64,000 bases of DNA from a candidate division FCPU426 bacterium. GTDB lineage: Bacteria; Oederibacteriota; Muellerivitia; Muellerivitales; Muellerivitaceae. The stretch covers positions 32,001-96,000 of the forward strand of contig CAVYSE010000003.1 in the NCBI GenBank assembly GCA_963771075.1. Direction: 5' to 3'. A model generated the notes under the pieces. The model searched no databases, was not told the DNA's origin, and was given only the letters and a program-made list of their open reading frames with translations. This document shows, one piece after another, positions 21,244 through 32,869 of this stretch; position 1 is the first letter of the stretch, and every line of letters starts with the position of its first letter. The position numbers and the translations under genes were made by a program.

Positions 21244-21771
21244 TTATGCCACCGGCTTCGCCATAACGATGCTCCGGTAATTGGTCACGGCCCATTGGGT
21301 CGTGGAAACCGGGGTATAACCGTGCCGACGATACATGGCGATAAGTTCCACCGCTTGTTCCGCCGTATCCATGGCTATCTCCAATGACTTTTTTTCCATT
21401 GCCCGGTCCTCCACTCGAATTATCAGTTCCCGGGCGATGCCCCGGTTCTGTAGCGACCGTTTTACGGCGTATTGAGCGAAATGAACTAATCCGGGTTTTC
21501 GATAATACTCGCAGGGGCTGTCGGGTTTCGAGGGGTAGAGAGAAATGGTCCCGGCCAATTGGCCTTCCCAAAAAGCCAGGTAAGCATCACCCCGGGTCAG
21601 TCGTTCCAAGGTCTTTTCGGGGGACTGGTGGGAAGCTAGGTAACGCAAGCCCCTTTGGGCAAGAGGGGCGTAAGCCTCATGAAGTAGATCCGTCAGGGGT
21701 TCCACGAGGGACTGGTGTTGGACCCAGTCAAAAAATTCGATTTCCAAGGATCCCAAAGGAATTGCCCCCAT
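21244..21771 (-). CDS. GNAT-family N-acetyltransferase
   Basis: AVKRSLQNRGIA acetyl-CoA motif and MYRRHGY motif. Confidence 0.85.
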   Translation of the reverse strand: MGAIPLGSLEIEFFDWVQHQSLVEPLTDLLHEAYAPLAQRGLRYLASHQSPEKTLERLTRGDAYLAFWEGQLAGTISLYPSKPDSPCEYYRKPGLVHFAQYAVKRSLQNRGIARELIIRVEDRAMEKKSLEIAMDTAEQAVELIAMYRRHGYTPVSTTQWAVTNYRSIVMAKPVA

Positions 21772-21784
21772 ATTCCCTATCGGG

Positions 21785-23437
21785 CTAAATCTCCATTACT
21801 ACCGGCAGAATCATGGGGCGCCGGTTGGATTGGGCGGAAAAAAATTTTTGCAGGGACTTGCGCATGGTTTCCTTCACCGAGCCCCAATCGTTGACCCTCT
21901 CGTGGACTTCACCCTCCAAGGCTTTTTTTAATGTTTCCTTGGCATCGCGCATGAGTTGGTCCGATAGGCTCTCGGAAAATCCACGGGTAACCAGGTCGGG
22001 GCCTCCCACGATGGCGCCTTTTTGGACATCCACACTTAACATGGCCACGACCACTCCATCCTGAGAAAGATGCAACCGGTCCCGTAAAACTACGGTGCCC
22101 ACATCGGACAGGCTCTTTCCATCCACCAGGATGGTGCCTCCCTCGGATTCCTTCTCGATTCGGACATCCTCTTCTTCAACCACCAGTTTTTCCCCATTCT
22201 CAAGAACGAAGGTATTGTTGGGCGAAACCCCGACTTCCTCGGCCAAACGGGCGTGAAGGACCAGGTGGCGGTACTCTCCATGGACGGGAACGAAATATTG
22301 GGGTTTCACCAATGCCAGCATGATCTTTTGTTCTTCCCGGCAAGCGTGCCCCGAGACATGGATTTCGGAAACGGCCTCGTAAAGAACCTCGGCGCCTTTG
22401 CGATAAAGCAGGTTGATGATGTTGGAAATGGCCCGTTCGTTGCCGGGAATAGTGCGCGCCGAAAGAAGGACCATGTCGTCGGACTGGACCGAAATTTGTT
22501 TGTGGTCCCCCATGGCCATGCGGGTAACGCTGGACATGGGCTCTCCCTGGCTTCCGGTAGTGACGATGACCACTTCCTTCGGGTCCATTCCCTTCAGGTT
22601 ATCCGGTGAGATCAAAAGGTTGGAGGCCACGTGCATGAAGCCCAGGTCGCGGGCCACCTGAGTGTTGCGGATCATGCTGCGCCCCATGATGCAGACCTTG
22701 CGGTTGACTTTCTTAGCGGACTCGATGACCTGCTGGACTCGATGGATATTACTAGCGAAACAAGCCACGATGATGCGACGCTTAGCCTTTGGAAAAATAC
22801 GGTCGAATTCTTCACCCACAACCTTTTCCGAAAGGGTATATCCCTCCCTTTCCACGTTGGTGGAATCGGAAAGGAGTAATAGTACTCCCTTGGAGCCGTA
22901 ATCGGCAAAGCGGTTCAGGTCGATCGGAACGCCGTCAATAGGGGTGGGGTCGATCTTGAAATCGCCCGTGTGAATAACGACTCCCTGCGGGGTGGTGATC
23001 GCCAGCCCGCAGCCATCCACGATACTGTGGGTGACTCGGATGAACTCGATCTTGAAATCACCCAAGGTGAATGGAATCTTGGGGTCGGCCTCGATCAACT
23101 GGGGCTTTTCAGGCAGGGTGAACTCCTCCAGCTTGGCCTTAACAAAGCCCAGGGTCAGTTTGGTGCCGTAAATGGGGACATTTAGCTTTTGCAATAAATA
23201 AGGCACGGCACCGATATGGTCTTCATGCCCGTGGGTCAATAGAACAGCCTGAAGATAACCGGGTTTTTCCGCAAGAAAATTAAAGTCCGGGATGATGTAA
23301 TCCACTCCCGGGTGCCGGTCATCAGGGAACATCAACCCCGCGTCGATCATGACGGCATGGTCGCCATATTCGAGCAAAGCCATGTTTTTGCCGATTTCGC
23401 CCAATCCACCTAAGGGAATAAAGGATAGTTTTTCCAA
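21785..23437 (-). CDS. rnj: Ribonuclease J
   Basis: LGGLGEIGKN, THGHEDHIG, HTGDFK, GSQGEP, HVSGH and PVHGE motifs; TTG start with AGGAG RBS. Confidence 0.95.
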   Translation of the reverse strand: MEKLSFIPLGGLGEIGKNMALLEYGDHAVMIDAGLMFPDDRHPGVDYIIPDFNFLAEKPGYLQAVLLTHGHEDHIGAVPYLLQKLNVPIYGTKLTLGFVKAKLEEFTLPEKPQLIEADPKIPFTLGDFKIEFIRVTHSIVDGCGLAITTPQGVVIHTGDFKIDPTPIDGVPIDLNRFADYGSKGVLLLLSDSTNVEREGYTLSEKVVGEEFDRIFPKAKRRIIVACFASNIHRVQQVIESAKKVNRKVCIMGRSMIRNTQVARDLGFMHVASNLLISPDNLKGMDPKEVVIVTTGSQGEPMSSVTRMAMGDHKQISVQSDDMVLLSARTIPGNERAISNIINLLYRKGAEVLYEAVSEIHVSGHACREEQKIMLALVKPQYFVPVHGEYRHLVLHARLAEEVGVSPNNTFVLENGEKLVVEEEDVRIEKESEGGTILVDGKSLSDVGTVVLRDRLHLSQDGVVVAMLSVDVQKGAIVGGPDLVTRGFSESLSDQLMRDAKETLKKALEGEVHERVNDWGSVKETMRKSLQKFFSAQSNRRPMILPVVMEI

Positions 23438-23570
23438 TGGAAATTTTCTCCTAATACAGATAAAGGTTCAAATTCAGGCCCAGGAGGGTCGGTTAAAAAA
23501 ACCATAATGACTAAGGGGCTTTAAAGGTTTAGAAACGATCTGACAAGTTCAAAGCCAATTTTGGAGGAAT

Positions 23571-24278
23571 CTATCGGTTCCCGAAGTTGTCGTCCATGGG
23601 TGGGCGGTTTCCACCACCTTGTCCCTGGCCCTGTCGACGGGAATCACGATCCCCCCAGCTTTTTCGACGGCCTGCGTCTCGACGGACACCCATTCCGTTA
23701 TCACCCCGGCTGGTAAATCCCCCGTTATCGTTTCGCCCAGTGTATCCACCTGCAATGCCGGGGCGGTTGAACCCACCGGTATCCCGGTAACCGCCTTGGT
23801 AACCACCGTTCTTGTTTGAGTCCCGATATCCCCCGCCGTTGTTGCGATTTGGATTATAGGACCCACGCGAATCGCCTTGCCCATTACCCGACCGTTGACC
23901 GCCACCTCCCCAGCTATTGGGTCGGGACTGATTAAACCCGTTATTTCGGGGGCCGGAAAAACCGTTGCCGCCCGATCCGCCGGAAGAGCGGCGACCGTTT
24001 CCATTTGAGGGCGCGTTCGATTTGCGGTCTTCCATGGGCCTGGCTTCATTGACCACGATTTTACGGTCGCCAATGGCAAAACCATTCATTTTTTCCTTAG
24101 CAACGTCCGCCTCGGCGTCCGTGCCCATTTCCACAAAACCAAAACCTTTGGATCGGCCCGTTAATTTATCCGCGATAATTTTCGCACTCGCCACGGTTCC
24201 ACAAGCGGAGAACATTTCCGCCAATTGCGGCTCGGTGGTCTGAAATGGCAGGCTCCCAACATAGAGGCGTTTTCCCAT
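23571..24278 (-). CDS. RRM RNA-binding protein with long Gly/Asn/Arg-rich disordered tail
   Basis: RNP2 LYVGSL, RNP1 KGFGFVEM and VNEARP, followed by ~150 low-complexity residues. Confidence 0.9.
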   Translation of the reverse strand: MGKRLYVGSLPFQTTEPQLAEMFSACGTVASAKIIADKLTGRSKGFGFVEMGTDAEADVAKEKMNGFAIGDRKIVVNEARPMEDRKSNAPSNGNGRRSSGGSGGNGFSGPRNNGFNQSRPNSWGGGGQRSGNGQGDSRGSYNPNRNNGGGYRDSNKNGGYQGGYRDTGGFNRPGIAGGYTGRNDNGGFTSRGDNGMGVRRDAGRRKSWGDRDSRRQGQGQGGGNRPPMDDNFGNR

Positions 24279-24305
24279 AAGCTTCCCTTTCCTTGTTATG
24301 AGGCC

Positions 24306-25142
24306 CTAAACAGCGGCCCTATCCCCTAAAAAACCGACTGACAAATCACTGGTCAAAAACTTTAGTTTAAACTCATCCATTTCGGCCATCTTTGCGTAAG
24401 TCTTCTGGAGGATATATTCCGGATCCATGCCAACTTGGTCGCCGTATGGTTTGAGACTGCGGACCTCTCCAACCGCCAATCGTGCGAAAAAGTTCCACCA
24501 CACCCTCAGGATTATGGTTTTAAATGGTCCCGAATGGTCCATAAGTGTTTGAACGCCCAATCGGGTGCCCGCGATATGACGAGACTCGTCCTTAAGCATA
24601 AGCTTGATCATTTCCTTCCCGGTGGGATCGATAGCCTCTAACTCCAGTGACCTCTGAAAGATGGCGCCAGCCAAGGTCTCGGTGAAATAGGTGGCCAAAA
24701 TCCAGCGTTCCACTGCCATGGGACCATTCGTGGAAAGGGCTACCAGAAAGTCGAAAGCTTTTTGCTTGGCAGGTGGCGAATTCAACTTGTAGAGATATTT
24801 ACGGAATACGAACAAATGTTTGGACTCATCGTAGCATTGGGTCGAGTAGTAGGTCACCATGTCGTTGAGCTTGTACTGGTGGGCAGCCTTGTTCATCAGG
24901 CGCTGGATGATTTCTAAACCCTGCCATTCCCCCTCGTAGAAATAATGGAGGATGTTGATCCAGCCTTCCTTGATGGAGCCCAGTTCGATCGGGTGGTTCC
25001 AATCAATCGCTGATTCGGGATTCCAATCGGCTGCAAAAGCCATACGGGAAAGTCCATCCCAGGTTTTCGCATTTGGTTTTTGAAGCACATCGGATTGAGA
25101 CTCAACCTTGATTCCATCCTGAACGGCGGGTAAATTCCCCAT
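24306..25142 (-). CDS. Ferritin-like diiron protein
   Basis: Paired E...DExxH motifs (EGE / DESKH; ETLA / DESRH) and W..ESAIDW N-terminal motif. Confidence 0.7.
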   Translation of the reverse strand: MGNLPAVQDGIKVESQSDVLQKPNAKTWDGLSRMAFAADWNPESAIDWNHPIELGSIKEGWINILHYFYEGEWQGLEIIQRLMNKAAHQYKLNDMVTYYSTQCYDESKHLFVFRKYLYKLNSPPAKQKAFDFLVALSTNGPMAVERWILATYFTETLAGAIFQRSLELEAIDPTGKEMIKLMLKDESRHIAGTRLGVQTLMDHSGPFKTIILRVWWNFFARLAVGEVRSLKPYGDQVGMDPEYILQKTYAKMAEMDEFKLKFLTSDLSVGFLGDRAAV

Positions 25143-25734
25143 GAATGTTCCTTCTTAAGATTGGCATCCTTGAATGCCATGTTATGTAAACCTGGTTAGT
25201 TACTAATCAATTCGCCAGCTTCTTTTATCAAATCCCAAAAGGCAGAGAGATTTTGATCCCCATCGGGCAATAGGAATGGGATATACCCCTTCCAGATTTA
25301 ATCTCAGGAACTCCTGGAATTAGTTGTCTCAATAGACGAGCCTGGAACAAAGCTTCTGGAAAAAAACATCATCCCGAAAGGACTTCTTCAAACCCAAGAT
25401 CCGAAAACGACCTAATCCCACAAATCAACCCAAATCCCAATACTCTGTCCCAAATTGGGTTGAGCCGATAAAATTTGTTTCGGTTGTCTCGAGAAAATCA
25501 AAACCAAGGAGTTTTCCTGAATGTTCTCGCCATTTGAACTCAAAACCTTCGAGCGGGCCCCATTTTCATTACTTATTTTCTGATGTTGAAAAAAGTTGGG
25601 GGAATCTCATTCCATCCAAACCAAGACTAACGGGACATTTCTGGTTTCAAACATTATCTTTTAATGAACGCGGGTATCAATATCCCGCTTTTAGCTCCTT
25701 CTTTCAACCTTTTCTTGATGGAAATCAGCTTGTT

Positions 25735-26736
25735 TTATGGGTTTTTATCAGAACCGGGACCAGGAGAGCTGAAATTTAACAAATCTTTTTCATCTTTTGG
25801 TCCTTGAGGAAGGACAGCCTCTTGGCCAAGTGCGAATCGGTTATATCTCTGAACTGCGTTGAATTTGGCCGATTCCGCCCCCTTCAGAAAAAGTTCCCCA
25901 AGCATACCCACAACGGCACTGAAAGCAAAACCCCAGACACAGGCTGTTTTATCATTAGAATCGGCTGTGGAAAAATAGCCTACCGCGCTCCCCAAACAAC
26001 CCGCCCCCCCAATTACTGCCAGAACACTTCCCGTGGTACCATTCGCCTCACATTCACTGAACTGGTGTTGAACTTCAAAATCATTTGACTTAACAAAAAG
26101 AGTCTTAAAATCGCTATCCGACCCTAATTTTTTACCCGCACACTCATACTCAAAACCGTTCAAGGTGGAAAAGCAACTATGAATGGGTAACAAACCGCTT
26201 ATTGGTTTCGAGCCATGGGTGTCCGCCATTTGCTTCCAATAAATCCGGTTCGATTTTTCTACGGCATTAAACATGGATGTATCGGCTTGATCTAAAGAAA
26301 AGGACCCTGCGATCCTCAAACCCACCCCTCCCAAAAAGAGGCCCCAACCCGTCGTCTGGTCGGCATTAGAGCTTGCGACGATAAGGCCCGCTCCAATAAG
26401 TCCCAAACCCGAACCCAAACCGTTGAACCAACCGGCGCTGTCCTTGGAGGATTGGCTGGTTTTCAATAACCTGGAAATTTCATCGTTTTGGAGGGCACCC
26501 AAACCTTTTACCAAATCCGGCGTATCGATTGTTTCCTGGTGCTTGGAATAAAGTTGGAAATCGAGAACTCCCAAGAAGGAAATACGCTGTATATCCACGG
26601 GTGGAACGAGAGTCACAGACTCATCTGTTACTTTCAGAGGCTCTCCTGCCCAAATCAAATTAGGAACCATTCCCCAAAAAGTCATGAACCAAAGGGCACC
26701 CAATACCCTCAAACAATACAAGGGGTTACCTCTCAA
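25735..26736 (-). CDS. Hypothetical membrane protein with internally duplicated Gly-rich helical-hairpin module
   Basis: Signal peptide; two modules ending FNAVEKSNR and FNAVQRYNR. Confidence 0.6.
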   Translation of the reverse strand: MRGNPLYCLRVLGALWFMTFWGMVPNLIWAGEPLKVTDESVTLVPPVDIQRISFLGVLDFQLYSKHQETIDTPDLVKGLGALQNDEISRLLKTSQSSKDSAGWFNGLGSGLGLIGAGLIVASSNADQTTGWGLFLGGVGLRIAGSFSLDQADTSMFNAVEKSNRIYWKQMADTHGSKPISGLLPIHSCFSTLNGFEYECAGKKLGSDSDFKTLFVKSNDFEVQHQFSECEANGTTGSVLAVIGGAGCLGSAVGYFSTADSNDKTACVWGFAFSAVVGMLGELFLKGAESAKFNAVQRYNRFALGQEAVLPQGPKDEKDLLNFSSPGPGSDKNP

Positions 26737-26785
26737 ATAAAAGTTGTTGAATTATAACGAAAAGAAAGGAAAAGAGGTAATTCGC

Positions 26786-29700
26786 TTACCGAACCACGAC
26801 GATCTTGAGGGCCTTGTGGCCCACCAGGCCGCCTTGGACGTTGTAGGCGTCCACCGCCATGAAATAAACCCCGCTCGCCAGTCCCGCCGCGTCGCAAGTG
26901 GCCATGTTGGAACCTGCCGGACCCGTGACCTCCCTCCTCACCAGTTCCCCAGCCGCATCATAGACCCGGAAGGCCAGGGTCAGGCTTTCCCCTGAATCCG
27001 ACACCACCTGGACACTGTATCCCGTCCCCGCGTTCAACAGGTTCGGCCTCGCCGTCAGGTTCCCCATCCCCGCGTTCGCGTTATCCGACATCACCAGCAC
27101 ATGCCCTGTCATCACCGTCTCCCCGCCCTGGCCATCCTGTGCCGATACCGAGATGAAATACTGACCCGACGCCACCACCGCCCCATTGTCCCCCGTACCA
27201 TCCCACACGATCGTCGTCCCGTTGTTGAGCGTGATCGTTACATTCGTCGGAATCGTCCCCGCCGGCGTCCCGCTCGTCGGCTCGAACCCTGTCGTCGACA
27301 GTCCCAACTGCGTCGCGTTGTTCGACACCGGGTTGCTCGTATAGGAATAGAGGTTCTTCACCACCTCTCCCGCCTCGTTGTAGATCTTCACCGCCACCTT
27401 GTACACCGCCCGGTTCACCACCACCGGTTCCGTCACGCTCGTGTCCGCTCCCATCCCACTGATGCTGTCCACCTTCACGTAATACTGCCCGTTCACCGCC
27501 GGGTTCCCCGTCGAGTCCATCCCGTTCCACGTCCCGATCGGCACCCCATCGAAATAGATCGTCGTCGAGCTTCCCGTCCCGCTTACTGCCGTGATCGCAC
27601 TGGAACTCAGGCTCACACCGCTGATCACCTGCGAATACTGGCTCACCGGCATCGACTGGATCAGTTCCCCCGCCTCGTTATACACGTCGATCTTCACCGT
27701 GTATTGCCCCGTCGTTTGTACACTCGCGCAAGATGACGCCGCGGCCCCTCCCGTATAGCTCATTACCGCACAGTTTTGGATCGTCAATCCTCCCGGAACC
27801 AGGGGGTTCACCATTACCTGGTAGGTCATCTGGTACTGACCCGGGCCCAAGGGCGAGGGCATCTGCCAGCTCATCACCGAGGTCGCCTGGTTGTAGGACG
27901 CGGTCACTCCCGCGGGCGTATAGCTAAACGATTCGAAGATCACATTGGCCGGCAAGGGGTCGGTCACCACCACGTTCGTCACGCTGTTCCCCACCACGTT
28001 CAACGTGAGGGTATAAATCACCGCCCCTCCCCCGCCCGTGCTGGAGGAGGAAGCCTGTTTGCTCAAGGACGCCAATCCCGTCGGGGTCGGGGTTGCCGTA
28101 GCCGTGGGGGTTGCTGTCACCGTCATGCTCGGGGTCGGAGTGGAGGTACGCGTGGGAGTGGAGGTATGGGTTGAGGTCGGGGTTGGGCTGGGTGTTCCAC
28201 TGGGGGTAGCCGTCGGGCTATTCGTGGGGGTGCGGGTATTCGTCGGGGTGCCGGTGCTGGTCGCCGTGTGGGTCGGGGTGCCGCTATTGGTCGAGGTCGG
28301 GGTGAACGTAGGCGTCGCGGTCACGGTAAAGGTGCGGGTGTCCGTCGGAGTCAACGACCAGGTGGGGGTATTCGTGGCCGTAAAGGTATTGCTCGGCGTA
28401 TAGCTGTTCGTCGGTGTCATCGTGGGGGAATAAGTACGTGTCATGGGCGCGGTATTGGTTGGCGTAAAGGAATTCGTAACCGTCGGTGTGTTCGTCGGTG
28501 TGAAACTATTCGTTGGAGTAAAGGTGGGCGTAACCGTATTGGTATACGTGGGAGTCTGAGAATGGGTGGGCGTATAGGTGGCCGTATAGGTATTCGTGGA
28601 AGTGGGGGTGAAAGTAATGGTGAAGGTGGAGGTGGGGGTGGGGGTATCCGTAATGGTCGGGCTGTATTGGAAGGTGTGGGTCCAAGTCGGGGACAAGGTG
28701 ATGGTATAGGTCGAGGTAATGGTAGCAGTGTTGGTCGGGGTGTGGGTGAAGGTAGGAGTGGCGGTAATGGTCGGGGTGTTCGTTTGGGTAAGTGTGTTGG
28801 TTGAGGTGGAGGTGTTCGTGATCGTGACTGTGGGCGTAATGGACAAGGTGTTGGTTGACGTCATGGTTAGGGTCAAGGTGGCAGTCACCGTGGGGGTATT
28901 GGTAAGGGTCAGGGTGTTAGTTTGGGTGGGGGTGACGGTCAGGGTACGAGTCGAGGTCGCGGTGGGGGTGGGTGTCACCGTCAAAGTATTCGTGGGGGTC
29001 GCCGTCAGCGTAAAGGTATTCGTCAGGGTCAAGGTCGGGGTCACGGTGGGCGTATTGGTGGGGGTGCGAGTAGAGGTGTTAGTTGGGGTTAAGGTCGGAG
29101 TAGGCGTATTCGTGGAGGTCGGAGTCAGTGTGGGCGTGGGCGTCAAGGTTGGAGTGGGTGTATTGGTGGGAGTATTGGTTGGGGTAGGAGTATTCGTGGG
29201 AGTGGGAGTAGGCGTATTGGTAGGAGTTAACGTGGGTGTGGGTGTGTTGGTGTAAGTTCGGGTGGGTGTCACGGTAGGTGTCATTGTGGGTGTGGGAGTG
29301 TTGGTAGGCGTCAGGGTGGGCGTAGGTGTATTGGTAGGGGTAAAAGTCGGAGTAACCGTGGGTGTGTTGGTGGGAGTCGGGGTCGGGGTATTCGTCGGTG
29401 TTAATGTGGGCGTATTCGTTGGAGTCGGGGTCGGGGTATTGGTTGGCGTCATGGTCGAGGTGGGTGTATTGGTGGGTGTCCGGGTATTCGTTTGAGTCGG
29501 AGTTGGGGTCACGGTGGGTGTATTGGTTGGGGTAAAGGTTGGAGTCGGAGTATTGGTTGGTGTTGGAGTTGGAGTATTGGTAGGTGTCATTGTAGGGGTT
29601 GGAGTATTGGTTGGTGTTGGGGTGGGAGTTTGAGTAGGTGTCAAAGTTGGCGTAGGGGTGTTGGTCGGAGTCGGGGTCGGGGTAGGCGTATTGGTGGGGG

Positions 29701-32700
29701 TAGGTGTCGGTGTCGGTGTTGGTGTATTAGTGGGCGTGGGAGTTGGGGTCACCGTAGGCGTATTCGTGGGGGTACGTGTAGGCGTTGGTGTCGGCGTATT
29801 GGTGGGAGTGGGCGTTGGGGTAGGTGTATTGGTGTTAGTTGGGGTAGGAGTCGGAGTGGGGGTATTCGTGGGTGTGGGTGTTGGCGTTGGAGTCGGAGTA
29901 TTAGTCGGGGTATGAGTGGGGGTAACAGTGGGTGTAACCGTTGGGGTAGGTGTAGGAGTGGGGGTATTAGTCGGAGTAGGTGTCGGCGTATTGGTCGGGG
30001 TCGGGGTGGGGGTCGGCGTATTGGTCGGGGTCGGGGTAGGAGTGGGCGTATTAGTGGGAGTGGGAGTAGGAGTGTTAGTGGGGGTAGGCGTGGGAGTAGG
30101 AGTTTTAGTAGGTGTCGGGGTAGGAGTCGGTGTATTAGTCGGGGTTGGAGTCGGAGTGGGCGTGTTTGTAGGGGTGGGGGTCGGCGTATTGGTTGGAGTC
30201 GGTGTTGGAGTCGGGGTGTAGGTTGGTGTTGGGGTGGGGGTATTCGTAGGAGTTGGGGTAGGTGTGGGTGTATTCGTAGGCGTTGGAGTCGGGGTGGGAG
30301 TGCGGGTGGGTGTAGGCGTCGGTGTAGGTGTATTCGTGGGTGTCGGAGTAGGGGTAAAGGTGGGATTACAAACACCATGCCAAGCAAAAGATTTGAAAAG
30401 ATTATTATTATTCCCGTAATCGCTTAAACCTACGAGACCGCTTGAATAGGTAGAATCGGTAAAAGTTACACCGTAGGTATAGTTCGTGGCCGATGATCCA
30501 ATGGAAACGATGAAGCTGTTTCCCACAACAATTAATTGAAGCCATGTGTTCGTGGGGCAAGTCGCGCATAAGGGGCTGTTGGCTGGAAGATCAACGGTTT
30601 TGGTGGAAATCTTGTTACCCGTTCCCGTGCCTGCGGCCCCATAAACGTTGAATACCAATTCGCTATCCGCGTTTGCGCAATTATCTCCGTCCCACTGCAA
30701 TTCATAACCCGCGCCAGTGTTCTGGTTCACGTCCCACATGATGCCGTTCATATTAGGCTCTTGATGCACGCCGATTTGACAAAAATTCACCACCATGGTC
30801 CCGGGACCGCTGGCGACCTGGGTATTCAGCAACTGGTTGTTCAATTGGTTCGTACAATAGGGGGCGCATTGGAAGGAAACGCCGCCCGTGCCTTCGCCCC
30901 AAGTACCCTGGTTGGGGGGAGCCGACCCCACCAGCCATCCCGCCGGGGTTCCATTGATCGCTTGGTTGAAAGTCTGACTCACCGAACATTGGGTAACCGG
31001 ATTGCAAATGTATTGGGATATGAGGGCCTGCTGCCAATAGGTACTCTTCGTCGGAAAAATGGGTGGCGCTGGATCAAAACCCCACTCGAAACTTTGTCCA
31101 TTATTCAGGAAGGCGCTGGTGGGAGGATAGTAATCCCTTTGAATCTCATCCGGCCCGCTTCCGACCTTGCAGTCGAGCGCCCCTGGGGGGCCGCTCCAGA
31201 TGGCTGGCGAACCCTGATCGCCTCCATATTGGGTTCCATTTCCCGCCGGTTCGTGAGTGGGGCTTGAGCCCCAAGTCTCGATTTGATCCATGAACCCGTC
31301 CGTATTACCCGTGCATTCATCAGCGCCCCCAAGTACTGAAAATCGGGTCTGATAAGTTCCACAACTCATACCCAGACATGTCCAATCCATTTGAGTGTCA
31401 TAAGGGGGATAACCATAGGCCACCTGGCCGTTCTCCTCGAAATGCCAGGCAAATTCCCCGTCCGCAATGTCCACCACATTGTTTGTGGTTTCCGCAGGAT
31501 TTTTGTAAAGGAGCATTATCCCCAACCCTTTGCAGGTGTCGGGATTGGCCGTGGTCACGACGGTATTAGCACCGATCATCAGGGAAGCGGGGCTGATTCC
31601 ATACCGAATGCTGTACCAGGTTTGAATCCAACTTTGATAGGTAACCGCCCCCTCCGCGGTTCCCGCACCCGTTCCGTTTCCGTTAATCGTAATTTGGGTT
31701 GTGTTGGGAGCTGCCGCAGACCCGTTTTGATATTCCACGTAGAGGAAAGCCGTGACGGGGGTGGCACCCGCTGGAAGGTTGATATCCAGGGGTTGGCCAC
31801 ACTGGGCCGAAGCCATGACATAATCCAACCCAGTTCCTTGGGCTAACAATCGCTGTTGCTGGGACCATTGAGTGGGCTGGGCCACATTGCAATCCGTAAA
31901 AGATATTCCACCGACAACCTGGGTGGGCATGGGTGCGGGTGTGCTAGTAATCGTGGGTGTGGCGGTCGGGGGTCCCGGCGTATAAGTGGGGCCGCAAGGC
32001 TGTTCTTGTTTTGTAGTCGTCCCGTATGGCACTGTGGATTCCATGGGACTACATTGATTCAGGGGCCCAATGTCAGTTACGTTGCCTCTCGCGTCCGTGA
32101 TTTGAAAGTAAGTACCGCTGAACATACCGGTGGAGGTGCTCCAAAACTCGTTATCCCCCACATTATTCCCCAGGCTCAGGGCAGTTGGATAGGTGACACC
32201 GTCAACGCCGACGCTCACGCTCACGATGGGAAAAAGATAATCGAGGAATTGGATTTCGGTGTAGTTGACGTTGCATCCCGATTTCCATTCATAGGTGATA
32301 TTTCCGGTAGGATTGTTTCCGCCAACATTAAGCAGGCTCATGGGACAAGGAACGAAGTGCCACGAAATGTTTCGGATACCACCCGGAGCATTACCCGTCA
32401 TGGCGTTCCAGGCCTGAAGCCCCAGGTCGATCTGATTGGCAGTGCTACAAGAAGGGCACTTGTCCACGATCATTACCGTGATGGCGGAATTGTCCGTGAG
32501 ATCGGAAACCGCAGCGCAAGCACCGCAAGCCATTCCCTTTTGATAATCATCCGTGGGGCTGGAAGCGATTGCGGCATAGTAAGTGGGGTCGTACATGCCG
32601 GCTTTAAAGCCACAAGCGCCAGTGCCAGGGGAGAGTGGCCCATATTCGGTCGCAATGGAGGTAAAGGCAGTAGGGGGATCCGTCGAACAAAATTTGGTTG

Positions 32701-32869
32701 TTGAATAATTAATTTGTGCGAATGTCAAACTCGGATGGATGGCAAATATTGCAAAAAAGCACAGGCATATAGAACGAAGATAATTGAAATACCTTCGGCT
32801 TTTAGAGTTTTGAAGTGTTGTCCTTTTGGCAACCATAAAAGCACCGCCTATCTTGCCAAAAACAAACAA
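26786..32869 (-). CDS. Giant secreted protein, copy 1: expansin-like (DPBB + CBM63-like), DUF3344-like, lectin-like beta-sandwich, Pro/Thr stalk, DUF11, 2x FlgD-like Ig, T9SS-CTD-like
   Basis: Signal peptide, [57 protein letters not shown], (TP)n, [15 protein letters not shown]..WxG.D, ASGVY..KIVVVR; start may be 32836. Confidence 0.8.
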   Translation of the reverse strand: MFVFGKIGGAFMVAKRTTLQNSKSRRYFNYLRSICLCFFAIFAIHPSLTFAQINYSTTKFCSTDPPTAFTSIATEYGPLSPGTGACGFKAGMYDPTYYAAIASSPTDDYQKGMACGACAAVSDLTDNSAITVMIVDKCPSCSTANQIDLGLQAWNAMTGNAPGGIRNISWHFVPCPMSLLNVGGNNPTGNITYEWKSGCNVNYTEIQFLDYLFPIVSVSVGVDGVTYPTALSLGNNVGDNEFWSTSTGMFSGTYFQITDARGNVTDIGPLNQCSPMESTVPYGTTTKQEQPCGPTYTPGPPTATPTITSTPAPMPTQVVGGISFTDCNVAQPTQWSQQQRLLAQGTGLDYVMASAQCGQPLDINLPAGATPVTAFLYVEYQNGSAAAPNTTQITINGNGTGAGTAEGAVTYQSWIQTWYSIRYGISPASLMIGANTVVTTANPDTCKGLGIMLLYKNPAETTNNVVDIADGEFAWHFEENGQVAYGYPPYDTQMDWTCLGMSCGTYQTRFSVLGGADECTGNTDGFMDQIETWGSSPTHEPAGNGTQYGGDQGSPAIWSGPPGALDCKVGSGPDEIQRDYYPPTSAFLNNGQSFEWGFDPAPPIFPTKSTYWQQALISQYICNPVTQCSVSQTFNQAINGTPAGWLVGSAPPNQGTWGEGTGGVSFQCAPYCTNQLNNQLLNTQVASGPGTMVVNFCQIGVHQEPNMNGIMWDVNQNTGAGYELQWDGDNCANADSELVFNVYGAAGTGTGNKISTKTVDLPANSPLCATCPTNTWLQLIVVGNSFIVSIGSSATNYTYGVTFTDSTYSSGLVGLSDYGNNNNLFKSFAWHGVCNPTFTPTPTPTNTPTPTPTPTRTPTPTPTPTNTPTPTPTPTNTPTPTPTYTPTPTPTPTNTPTPTPTNTPTPTPTPTNTPTPTPTPTKTPTPTPTPTNTPTPTPTNTPTPTPTPTNTPTPTPTPTNTPTPTPTNTPTPTPTPTVTPTVTPTHTPTNTPTPTPTPTPTNTPTPTPTPTNTNTPTPTPTPTNTPTPTPTRTPTNTPTVTPTPTPTNTPTPTPTPTPTNTPTPTPTPTNTPTPTLTPTQTPTPTPTNTPTPTMTPTNTPTPTPTNTPTPTFTPTNTPTVTPTPTQTNTRTPTNTPTSTMTPTNTPTPTPTNTPTLTPTNTPTPTPTNTPTVTPTFTPTNTPTPTLTPTNTPTPTMTPTVTPTRTYTNTPTPTLTPTNTPTPTPTNTPTPTNTPTNTPTPTLTPTPTLTPTSTNTPTPTLTPTNTSTRTPTNTPTVTPTLTLTNTFTLTATPTNTLTVTPTPTATSTRTLTVTPTQTNTLTLTNTPTVTATLTLTMTSTNTLSITPTVTITNTSTSTNTLTQTNTPTITATPTFTHTPTNTATITSTYTITLSPTWTHTFQYSPTITDTPTPTSTFTITFTPTSTNTYTATYTPTHSQTPTYTNTVTPTFTPTNSFTPTNTPTVTNSFTPTNTAPMTRTYSPTMTPTNSYTPSNTFTATNTPTWSLTPTDTRTFTVTATPTFTPTSTNSGTPTHTATSTGTPTNTRTPTNSPTATPSGTPSPTPTSTHTSTPTRTSTPTPSMTVTATPTATATPTPTGLASLSKQASSSSTGGGGAVIYTLTLNVVGNSVTNVVVTDPLPANVIFESFSYTPAGVTASYNQATSVMSWQMPSPLGPGQYQMTYQVMVNPLVPGGLTIQNCAVMSYTGGAAASSCASVQTTGQYTVKIDVYNEAGELIQSMPVSQYSQVISGVSLSSSAITAVSGTGSSTTIYFDGVPIGTWNGMDSTGNPAVNGQYYVKVDSISGMGADTSVTEPVVVNRAVYKVAVKIYNEAGEVVKNLYSYTSNPVSNNATQLGLSTTGFEPTSGTPAGTIPTNVTITLNNGTTIVWDGTGDNGAVVASGQYFISVSAQDGQGGETVMTGHVLVMSDNANAGMGNLTARPNLLNAGTGYSVQVVSDSGESLTLAFRVYDAAGELVRREVTGPAGSNMATCDAAGLASGVYFMAVDAYNVQGGLVGHKALKIVVVR
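26790..28427 (-). repeat. Direct repeat A1: ~1.6 kb 3' module nearly identical to 37499-39128
   Basis: Visual alignment: ~300 bp and ~550 bp blocks appear identical, with scattered substitutions and indels between them. Confidence 0.9.
28080..30362 (-). repeat. Coding low-complexity Pro/Thr repeat (TPTPTNTP)n, copy 1
   Basis: Degenerate 6-24 bp periodic GT-rich sequence on the + strand encoding about 750 aa of T/P/N. Confidence 0.95.

Noticed and set aside
25162..25180. Sigma54 promoter
   Set aside because: GG-to-GC spacing is 11 rather than 10 on both strands
28080..30362. Periodic sequence as a CRISPR array or satellite
   Set aside because: No fixed repeat-spacer structure, in-frame coding with third-position variation, no cas genes
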